This document shows, piece after piece, positions 28,451-36,325 of a stretch of 64,000 nucleotides of DNA (positions are counted from its first letter, which is position 1; each line of letters opens with the position of its first letter). The translations under genes and the position numbers were made by a program. The notes below the pieces were generated by a model. It searched no databases and was not told the DNA's origin. It worked only from the letters and a program-made list of their open reading frames with translations. This stretch comes from Mesoaciditoga sp. Its GTDB lineage: Bacteria; Thermotogota; Thermotogae; Mesoaciditogales; Mesoaciditogaceae. The stretch lies in NCBI GenBank assembly GCA_015491995.1, contig WGFY01000041.1, forward strand, positions 32,518-96,517, read 5' to 3'.

Positions 28451-28474
28451 AGCGGGGTGAAATCCCCGCTTTTT
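28451..28474. terminator. Bidirectional intrinsic terminator shared by rpoC (+) and the MFS gene (-)
   Basis: AAAAAAA-cta-AGCGGGG-tgaaat-CCCCGCT-TTTT, placed between the two convergent stop codons. Confidence 0.85.
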
Positions 28475-29643
28475 CATTTTAGCTTGAAAGAGACGAAGAA
28501 GGTTGCAGATAAACCGACAGCCGCAATGACAAAAACATTTACAAACCCAAAATCCTTCAACAATATCCCTCCGAGCATTGGAAAAAGTGCTCCTATAAAT
28601 CCAAAGGTTCCGCTTATTCCAACATACATAACACGTTCTTTGGCAGGCGCTATTTCTATTAAATACGCGTCCATAAAAATGCCCCTTGCGCTGATAGTCG
28701 ATCCTATCATAAAGAAAAACGCGTAATACCATATTAGAGATGGCAAAAAAGGTGCCAAAGCTGTCATAAAAGCTGCAAGGAATATACCTGTTTTGGCAAT
28801 TGCCACATTGCCCAATCTCTTTGAAATAACACCCCAGAGTAAATTTGAAATGACCATACCTGAAACTTGAAAGATCACTATATTTCCCACAACATTTCCG
28901 AATCTATGCACTGTGTAAACCACAAAAAAGGGTAACGCCATGAAGTAAAATCCCCCCAAAACTTGAACGACGACATACCAAAGCAATTTTCTATCCTTTA
29001 GGAGAATTGGAATGGATTTGATCATGTCCAAAGTTTTGGAACGAGGAGTTATTTCGCTCTCCGGTTCTTTTAAGAAAAAGAACAAAACTATTGCTATGGA
29101 GAGAGCGACCGATGCTGTAAGGAAAAGAGTACCGTAGTTGTTTGGAAACGCTGACGCACCAAGCAGGTATTTTACCACAAAACCAGCTGCGAATGAAAAT
29201 CCCCCGGCGACGGCTTGCCTTACAGGGAAAAAGTAATATCTTTTGTCTCTCGAAATTGTTTTTCCCAACAAATCCATATAAGCTATCCCGGCAAAAGAGC
29301 CGGTTGTCGCGAATAGGATAACAGCCGTTAAGATCAAAAGGATTCCCCACTCTGCCAAGTTAGAAATGTAAAAAGTCGCCAATGCTAAAAGAAAAATGGC
29401 AAAAGCTCTTGTCAAAATTCCAAACATTAGGTAAGGTTTTTTGAATTTCTTAGTTTTTAAGAAGTTGGCAAAGAAAAGCTGAGTTATACTTGGTAGACCC
29501 AGTAAAATCGATGAAATGACTCCAATCAAAAATGAGGAGTGATAAAGACGTTCAAGATAAGCCGGTATGACCGTGTTCACGTTTATCATTGTTGAGGCTA
29601 AAGAAAGAAAAGCCATATGCCACCAAAAAGCAAAAGAAGCCAA
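28474..29643 (-). CDS. MFS-type transporter
   Basis: 389 aa, hydrophobic throughout (about 12 TM segments). TTG start with RBS GGAGGA 6 nt upstream. Confidence 0.8.
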   Translation of the reverse strand: MASFAFWWHMAFLSLASTMINVNTVIPAYLERLYHSSFLIGVISSILLGLPSITQLFFANFLKTKKFKKPYLMFGILTRAFAIFLLALATFYISNLAEWGILLILTAVILFATTGSFAGIAYMDLLGKTISRDKRYYFFPVRQAVAGGFSFAAGFVVKYLLGASAFPNNYGTLFLTASVALSIAIVLFFFLKEPESEITPRSKTLDMIKSIPILLKDRKLLWYVVVQVLGGFYFMALPFFVVYTVHRFGNVVGNIVIFQVSGMVISNLLWGVISKRLGNVAIAKTGIFLAAFMTALAPFLPSLIWYYAFFFMIGSTISARGIFMDAYLIEIAPAKERVMYVGISGTFGFIGALFPMLGGILLKDFGFVNVFVIAAVGLSATFFVSFKLK

Positions 29644-29967
29644 ATAAAATCCTCCAATCTCTACTCTAATTTTTTATGGCACGGATATCATCTTTATCGT
29701 TTTTTGACAAAGGCTTTTTACTTCAATTCTGAAGTACAATGATATCATAGCATATTCGAAAGTATGAGAGAAACAAAATGTGTTATAGTATTTACATATG
29801 TGCATACCAAAAACGTTTTAAGCTTACATCTTTCAAGACCATTAGAGCTATCGGAATTTGTCCCCATTTTAGGAAGATTCCTGTGAGCTAACTTGCTTTA
29901 CGTTAGAAAATGACATTGGATTTTAAAGTTGGTTGGGCATATTAAATTTAGAAGGAGGCACAATTTT

Positions 29968-31326
29968 ATGATTTACGATCTTTTCGTTATTGGAGGAGGA
30001 CCTGCAGGATACGTATCTGCGATAAGAGCCTCTCAGTTAGGAATGCGGGTCGCCATTGCCGAAGAAAAATTCTGGGGAGGAACATGTACAAATGTGGGGT
30101 GCATTCCAACAAAAGCTTGGCTTGCCTCTTCCGAACTTTTTGATAATGTAAAAAGGGCAAAAAAATTTGGAATTTCGTTAGAAAATGCATCCATAGATAT
30201 GAAACGCGTTAAAGCGCGTACAAAACGGGTAATCTTACGAAATAGAAAGGGCATAGAATTTTTACTTAAGAAAAATGACATTGATTTTTTCGATTCGCAT
30301 GCCACGATCAAAGATACTCACAAAGTAAAAATTGGCGATAAAGAAATGGAATTCAGGAATCTACTTCTTTCTCAGGGATCTCATCCGATTAAATTTCCGC
30401 CATTCGACGTCGAAGGAATATTGACAAGTGATGAGATATTTTCAATTGATGAAATCCCTCAAAGATTGCTGATTGTCGGTGGAGGAGTCATAGGATTGGA
30501 AATGGCTACTTTTTTCTCAGCTTTTGACTGCAAAGTCACAATCGTGGAAATAATGGATCATGTACTTCCAAATATGGATTCTGATGTAGCAGAAACTTTA
30601 ACGGATACGTTGAAAAAACGTGGTGTGGATATTCATGTCAAAACCAAGACAATTTCCGTTGATAAAAAAGTTGACGAATACAAGGTCGTATTTGAAGGCG
30701 AAGAGCGTTTTGAAAAGAAATTCAATAAAATTCTTTTGAGCGTTGGAAGGAAACCCAACGTTTTCGACGATGTTAAGGATCTCGGAATTGATTTGGATAA
30801 AAAAGGAAATGTACTAACAGATGAATACATGCGTACAAACATCGAAAATGTCTACGCTGCTGGAGATGTGAATGGGAAATACATGCTCGCTCATGTCGCG
30901 TCTAAAGAGGGGATAGTAGCGGCTATGAACATGATTGGAAAAGAAGAAAAAATTGATTACACCGCTGTTCCAAGTGTTGTTTTTACAACCCCAGAAATAG
31001 CCACGACCGGTAAAATTGAGGATGAATTGAAACTGAAAAATATTGACTACATAAAAGGTATTTTCCCGATGAGTGCGTTGGGACGTGCAAGAACTCTTGA
31101 AGTTAGCGATGGGTTCGCAAAGATTTTGACAGATAAAAACGGAAGAATTTTAGGTCTTACAGTTGTTGGACCTATGGCCACTGAGGTGCTAATGGAGGGA
31201 GTGATAGCCGTTCAAAATGGATTTGATATCGAAAAACTCTTGAAACATATTCATCCACACCCAACAATATCAGAAATAGTGATGCAGTGTGCGGAAGACG
31301 CTTCCGGTATGCCTATTGATAAGTGA
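29968..31326 (+). CDS. lpd: Dihydrolipoyl dehydrogenase (E3-type flavoprotein disulfide reductase)
   Basis: GGGPAGY, redox-active GGTCTNVGCIPTK, and C-terminal HPHPTISE. ATG 29968 has RBS GAAGGAGG, so the upstream extension to 29929 is unlikely. Confidence 0.92.
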   Translation: MIYDLFVIGGGPAGYVSAIRASQLGMRVAIAEEKFWGGTCTNVGCIPTKAWLASSELFDNVKRAKKFGISLENASIDMKRVKARTKRVILRNRKGIEFLLKKNDIDFFDSHATIKDTHKVKIGDKEMEFRNLLLSQGSHPIKFPPFDVEGILTSDEIFSIDEIPQRLLIVGGGVIGLEMATFFSAFDCKVTIVEIMDHVLPNMDSDVAETLTDTLKKRGVDIHVKTKTISVDKKVDEYKVVFEGEERFEKKFNKILLSVGRKPNVFDDVKDLGIDLDKKGNVLTDEYMRTNIENVYAAGDVNGKYMLAHVASKEGIVAAMNMIGKEEKIDYTAVPSVVFTTPEIATTGKIEDELKLKNIDYIKGIFPMSALGRARTLEVSDGFAKILTDKNGRILGLTVVGPMATEVLMEGVIAVQNGFDIEKLLKHIHPHPTISEIVMQCAEDASGMPIDK

Positions 31327-31328
31327 TA

Positions 31329-31351
31329 AAGGCCTCCAATGGAGGCCTTTT
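31329..31351 (+). terminator. Intrinsic terminator after lpd
   Basis: AAGGCCTCC-aat-GGAGGCCTT followed by TT, 3 nt after the stop codon. Confidence 0.7.
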
Positions 31352-31378
31352 CAGTCGAAGAAGCTTTCAAAAAGTGGT

Positions 31379-32248
31379 TCATTTGGCTTTGAAAATTTTG
31401 TTTACCCATTCCTTTAACTTTCCAATTTCTATACTTCCGGCAAAAACCATCCGGATTCCGTTTTGTTCAAATGCGAACGAAGAATACCCTTTTGATTTGA
31501 ACTGTGAAACGAGATTTGAAGTTGAAACGTTTTCGCTGCTTTTAAACACGTAAACCACGATATTTCCAATTCCTTCAGCTTCACCAGAAACAATCGCGAT
31601 CGAAATGCCGTTAACAGAAAGCGACGCCACGCTAACGTTGTCAAGATGGTAAACCAGCTTCCATACTTTAACTTCTATTGAACTGGGAGGCTTGTTAACA
31701 ATTTTGAATTTGGATACCACAGCGTTAAAATAATCCAACGGGACGATCTTCACTTTATCGTAAGTCATTGTTATTTGAGATGAGCGACCTTTTATTTTCA
31801 AATACACCAAAATCAGTGATGGTGAAAGGACCAAGGCGGTGTAAGTTGCATTTCTACTTTTCACAACTATTCTGTAAGATTTTTTACCGTTATAAGTGGA
31901 TGTAGACACCTTCGATGGGTCAGAAGAAAGGGCTTTGATGAACATCTGCTCAGAATCAACTATAGTTGCTGGGGATGTTTTCATCTCATTTCCAAAAATT
32001 ATATAAGTTCTCCCCTTTAAATGGGCCCATTCGAAAAAATCCGGGGCTACGACTTTGACTATCTCGTTGTATCCATTTCTCAAAACATCTTCATATCTAA
32101 GGCGCGTCGTATCTCCCCTTTCTTCAACAATCACTCTGTGTCCTTCTATTATCTGAGATGCATATGCAGAAACAAATTCATTGATCCACGTGGAGAAGGC
32201 AACTCCCGTGATCATGATCAAAAAGAATATGGCAAGCATTTTCTTCAA
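31379..32248 (-). CDS. Secreted or membrane-anchored hypothetical protein, last gene of the ECF sigma module
   Basis: 289 aa. N-terminal signal/anchor MLAIFFLIMITGVAFS. Its start overlaps the anti-sigma stop by 4 nt. Confidence 0.7.
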   Translation of the reverse strand: MKKMLAIFFLIMITGVAFSTWINEFVSAYASQIIEGHRVIVEERGDTTRLRYEDVLRNGYNEIVKVVAPDFFEWAHLKGRTYIIFGNEMKTSPATIVDSEQMFIKALSSDPSKVSTSTYNGKKSYRIVVKSRNATYTALVLSPSLILVYLKIKGRSSQITMTYDKVKIVPLDYFNAVVSKFKIVNKPPSSIEVKVWKLVYHLDNVSVASLSVNGISIAIVSGEAEGIGNIVVYVFKSSENVSTSNLVSQFKSKGYSSFAFEQNGIRMVFAGSIEIGKLKEWVNKIFKAK

Positions 32249-32676
32249 AACTGATCACTCGCATATTTTATTTTAACCAGATAACTGAAATCTGAATTTG
32301 TGCTGGTTCGTGTTGTGCGCTTTGAGCTCAACATTTCTATCCCAGCAGATGCCACTTTTTCGTACATGATTTGTCTTCCAGAAAGAGGTTTTATCACGAA
32401 AAAAAGACCTATTATCATAATGACCGCAGTTGGAACTGCAACTTTGTACAACATCTTTATCGATCTTTTTGTCTTTATTTTGGAAAGTATCTTCTCTTCG
32501 AGAAATTCAGAAGGAATGTACTCCGTTCGCAATTTTATGAAATCTCTTGCACCGTTATATCTTTCTACAAACCTTCGACATCCAGAACAGCGTTTTATAT
32601 GTTCAACAAACTCCTCTTTTTCTTGGCGAGACATGCTTTCATGTATGAATTTTTCTCTATATTCATTACACTCCAT
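32245..32676 (-). CDS. Anti-sigma factor (zf-HC2 type) with one TM helix
   Basis: 143 aa. C3..H-x3-C-x2-C (HIKRCSGC) and TM helix VAVPTAVIMIIGLFFVI. Starts 1 nt after the sigma gene stop. Confidence 0.8.
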   Translation of the reverse strand: MECNEYREKFIHESMSRQEKEEFVEHIKRCSGCRRFVERYNGARDFIKLRTEYIPSEFLEEKILSKIKTKRSIKMLYKVAVPTAVIMIIGLFFVIKPLSGRQIMYEKVASAGIEMLSSKRTTRTSTNSDFSYLVKIKYASDQF

Positions 32677-32677
32677 T

Positions 32678-33271
32678 TTATTCTCTCCCCGCTGGTCTCA
32701 TGTTGTCTTCAAGCACTCCTTTAAGCCTTTCTCGCGCATAATGCAAGCGACTTTTTATGGTTCCCACAGGCTTACCTACAACATTTGCCATATCCGAGTA
32801 GCTCATCTCTTCGATTTCTCTAAGAGTGATCAACAAACGATCTTCTTCAGAAAGAGATTCAATAGCCCTACGTATTTCCTCGGCTGAAACTTCTCTCAAG
32901 AGCTCATCAGTTGGTTGCATTTCTTCTACAGGCTCCGGCATTGCTTTTTCGTCTTCTTCCAATCCGAAACTCGTTAGAATTTCACGTTTCTTACGTTTCT
33001 TTAAGAGCATATCTTTGCATACGTTAACCGCTATGCGGTATATCCAGGTTGATAAAGCAGAATCCCCTCGAAATTTTCTTATATTTTTGTACACTTTCAT
33101 GAAAACTTCTTGAATAACATCCTCTACATCATCAACACCTATGTATGACTTGGCTATTCTACCTATTTTTTGCACGTATTCGTTGTAAAGCTTTCTGTAA
33201 GCTTCGGGTTCTCCATTTCTTAACCCACGAATCAACTTAGAATCTCTCAAAGGATTACCACCTATCACCAT
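32678..33271 (-). CDS. ECF-family RNA polymerase sigma factor
   Basis: 197 aa. Region 2 (YRKLYNEY..EDVIQEVFMKVY) and region 4 HTH (SYSDMANVVGKPVGTIKSRLHYARERL). The real start may be TTG 33250, which follows GGTGG. Confidence 0.9.
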   Translation of the reverse strand: MVIGGNPLRDSKLIRGLRNGEPEAYRKLYNEYVQKIGRIAKSYIGVDDVEDVIQEVFMKVYKNIRKFRGDSALSTWIYRIAVNVCKDMLLKKRKKREILTSFGLEEDEKAMPEPVEEMQPTDELLREVSAEEIRRAIESLSEEDRLLITLREIEEMSYSDMANVVGKPVGTIKSRLHYARERLKGVLEDNMRPAGRE

Positions 33272-33311
33272 TTATTTGGACTGCGATTTTCACAAAGAAG
33301 TTCAAAATAGC

Positions 33312-33337
33312 AAAAATCCCCGCTTTTGCAAGCGGAG
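33312..33337 (-). terminator. Intrinsic terminator after rpsT
   Basis: The minus strand reads CTCCGCTT-gcaa-AAGCGGGG followed by ATTTTTG, 36 nt after the rpsT stop. Confidence 0.75.
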
Positions 33338-33373
33338 ATCTCATCCAACATAGCCTTCGATCAAGTCTGTTTT

Positions 33374-33643
33374 TTATTTGGATCCTTGAAGAAGCTTGAC
33401 CCTTTTAAATAACCTTGATTTCCTACGAGCCGCTTGGTTCTTATGAATGGCACCTATTTTGGCAGCCTTATCTATCTTAGAAAAAGCTTCGCTTATCTTT
33501 TGTGAAAGATCTTCGCTATTACCTTCAGCAGCCATTACCACTTTTTTAACGGCCGTTTTGTATTTCGTTTTTGCGATTTGATTTGCGATTCTCTTCCTTT
33601 CAGAAGCTCTTACCCGCTTCTTAGCAGATCTAGAGTTTGCCAT
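33374..33643 (-). CDS. rpsT: 30S ribosomal protein S20
   Basis: MANSRSAKKRVRASERKR.. ATG 33643 is preceded by AAAGGAGG at 9 nt. The track's TTG 33652 lies directly after the RBS with no spacer. Confidence 0.95.
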   Translation of the reverse strand: MANSRSAKKRVRASERKRIANQIAKTKYKTAVKKVVMAAEGNSEDLSQKISEAFSKIDKAAKIGAIHKNQAARRKSRLFKRVKLLQGSK

Positions 33644-33693
33644 ATCTGCCAACCTCCTTTCGACTTTACGAATGATATTTTAACATATCAAAA

Positions 33694-36321
33694 TCAAAAA
33701 TTCAACCCAACATGGTAATCAAATTTGTTCTGGGAAAAATCGTAAAACACCTTGGTAACAACCTTGAACGTTTTGTAAAGAAAAGAATCGAATTCAAAAT
33801 TGGCTTGTAATCCAACATGTACATGGCTTTTCTCAAGATCATAGGTTAAAAACTGAGAAAGATCTACACACTTCAAACCAAACTGCCCCGTAAGATCGTA
33901 AAGTCCCACATGCACTCTTGGAAACCAAAGTCCTTGCTTAAGGGTGATCGTCGCATTCTTAAGATTTATTCCGGCCTTAAGCACATTTGAAAAAAATGGA
34001 ATAGATGTGGAAAAAGTGACGTTGTACACGGGAGTGGAAGGTTTAAGAGGTGAGAAGTTAACATTCCAATTTGCTTGAAAAGTATCAACACCCATGGAGT
34101 TGTTTGGTATAAAAGATGGGTTGAATTCGGCAAAGCCAGAAAAAGTGAAATTATCGGATATGTTGGAACCATCTGAACTTATCTTGTAATCAAGCCTTGG
34201 ATATATGATAGAGTCTTTTTCGAAGGTGAGAAAGGTTAAGGGATATTTTAAAAGGGCGTTGAAAGTTTTCGTTCTGTTCGTCAAAAACGCTTCAACGGCC
34301 AACGTATATCTACCGTAATCGATCATTCCCAATCCTAAGGCATTTAATTCCTTCCGGTTTGAAAAACTGGCAACGGTGTAAAAATTATGTTGACCTAGTT
34401 TATCTCTTAAAAAATCGAATGCACTTAACACGTAATCAACAGAAGTTCCATTCCACGAGATCAACGGCATCATTCCGGAGCCGATGGGTTCAATGGGATC
34501 AGCATAAGCTTTGCTTTTTTGATTAACGCTCAAATATACCTGCGTAAGGTTCAAATTTGGCTCATATGGCAATTTCACTCTCTTAAAGATATCCACTTCT
34601 TTTGAAGATTTCTCCCATCTATCCAGAAGAAAGAGATCGTAGCCATATTTGGTGTATCCTGTATAAAACATACGATCTCCAACAACCTGCGGGGCAAAGG
34701 CACCTCCCGTAACGTTGGTAATTTGATAAAACTTTCCATCATCCATATCAAGGGCATAAACGTTAAAAATCCCTTCTTTGCTGGGTTTTGCTGCTGAAAA
34801 GAAAAGATATTTACCATCATTGCTTAGAACAGGATCCTTCTTCAAAAAATTACCTGTTATCATCTTGTAAATTTTTCCATTTTCGCTCAAATTGTATATA
34901 TCTTCCGAACCATTTACGTTAGCTGAAATATAGACACTTCCCCGTGAAGCGCTCATCGATGTTATAACCATCGGTGAAGGATAAAGAAGCGTTTTAAAAA
35001 TCTCTTGACTTAGATCGTACTCTTTTACGGAATAAAGGCCCCCGTTTTCACTCGAGTATACAATACTTTTATTTGAAAGCCATGCAACTAAAATAGGACT
35101 ACGAATGGGCAACTCCACCACAGAACGACTCTTCAAGTTGAGCACAAAACATTTCGTGTAATTTCTAAATCCACCGTTTTCACTTACCAATCGAATAAAA
35201 GCAAGCTTTTTCCCATCAGGAGATATGGAGATAGAATCCACATATCCACCTTGATAAAGGAATCCTCCCAATGCGTAGATAGAAGAAAAAGACGAATTCA
35301 AAATATCGAATCTTTTGATCTGCGGGATTTCATTTCCATCCTCCGAATAATAATAGACATCTTTTGAATTTGAAGAATCCACAAAAGCGGTCCAACGGCC
35401 AGAATGAGTCAATTGAACACCACTTATCGGATGTTCGATCGATTTCACTTGCTTGTTCACTTCGTTTTTGACCGTATCAATCCATTTTTTTACAAGTATG
35501 GAAAAAGGTTGTTTGGTAGCTTTTGAAAAAGCATTTGAAACCCCCAAGGCATGGTTTTTTGAAAGTAATTCAATTGCTTTTTTCAAAGTGGATGAACCGT
35601 AAGTTTCAACCACGTATCTCACAAAACTTCCGCCTATCATGTAAGGGGCACCTATCGGATACCATCCATTTGATTGATAAGTGGCCGCGCCACCAAAACC
35701 GTTGAAATTCTCTGAAAGTACGAGACCTCTCATGTACATTTCAAAAAGTGGGTCGTTGAGTCTGCCGTGCTCGTCGTTGAAATAAGTTTCAGAGTACTGA
35801 GCTAATCCTTCTTGAAGATAAGCTGGTATGAAAAGCGAATTGTAAATGGCAGATAAGGGTGCGCCATAACTTCTTATTTGAGGAACCCCTCCAGCTTGAG
35901 TTAAAAGAATGTGGGTAAGCTCATGTGTAAAAACAAAATCCACCCAGCTTTTAATATCTTGCGAGAAGAAACCACGCTCAGATGAGTTGGGGAAAATGTA
36001 AATTACGTTGTCAATTGGGTCTGCTAAAGAGTTGACAACATCCGTGTCGTTTTCAAAAACAACGGTCAATTTTGAAAAAGGTTGAACATCGTAAAAATTG
36101 GTAATTCGTTCGTATATTCCATCGCAACTTTCTAAAAATACATGAACCACATACTCACTACCTGGCTCATACACGACGTTTATGTATTTGGTTGAAACGA
36201 CCTTGTATTTCACACTGGGGTTTGAAAAAACAGGTACAAACGGATTCATAGCTCCATAAATAAGAGTGGCCATCCCAATGAAAAAAAGAAATAGTGAAGT
36301 TCGCCTCAACGTTTTTTTCAT
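33694..36321 (-). CDS. Secreted HExxH metalloprotease-like / PD40 beta-propeller / C-terminal beta-barrel protein
   Basis: 875 aa. Signal peptide, HELTH (35911-35925) with downstream EGLAQY, TolB-type repeats (SISPDGKKLAFIR, PVLSNDGKYLFFSA), and a beta-strand-rich C-terminus ending YHVGLNF. Confidence 0.8.
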   Translation of the reverse strand: MKKTLRRTSLFLFFIGMATLIYGAMNPFVPVFSNPSVKYKVVSTKYINVVYEPGSEYVVHVFLESCDGIYERITNFYDVQPFSKLTVVFENDTDVVNSLADPIDNVIYIFPNSSERGFFSQDIKSWVDFVFTHELTHILLTQAGGVPQIRSYGAPLSAIYNSLFIPAYLQEGLAQYSETYFNDEHGRLNDPLFEMYMRGLVLSENFNGFGGAATYQSNGWYPIGAPYMIGGSFVRYVVETYGSSTLKKAIELLSKNHALGVSNAFSKATKQPFSILVKKWIDTVKNEVNKQVKSIEHPISGVQLTHSGRWTAFVDSSNSKDVYYYSEDGNEIPQIKRFDILNSSFSSIYALGGFLYQGGYVDSISISPDGKKLAFIRLVSENGGFRNYTKCFVLNLKSRSVVELPIRSPILVAWLSNKSIVYSSENGGLYSVKEYDLSQEIFKTLLYPSPMVITSMSASRGSVYISANVNGSEDIYNLSENGKIYKMITGNFLKKDPVLSNDGKYLFFSAAKPSKEGIFNVYALDMDDGKFYQITNVTGGAFAPQVVGDRMFYTGYTKYGYDLFLLDRWEKSSKEVDIFKRVKLPYEPNLNLTQVYLSVNQKSKAYADPIEPIGSGMMPLISWNGTSVDYVLSAFDFLRDKLGQHNFYTVASFSNRKELNALGLGMIDYGRYTLAVEAFLTNRTKTFNALLKYPLTFLTFEKDSIIYPRLDYKISSDGSNISDNFTFSGFAEFNPSFIPNNSMGVDTFQANWNVNFSPLKPSTPVYNVTFSTSIPFFSNVLKAGINLKNATITLKQGLWFPRVHVGLYDLTGQFGLKCVDLSQFLTYDLEKSHVHVGLQANFEFDSFLYKTFKVVTKVFYDFSQNKFDYHVGLNF

Positions 36322-36325
36322 ATCA

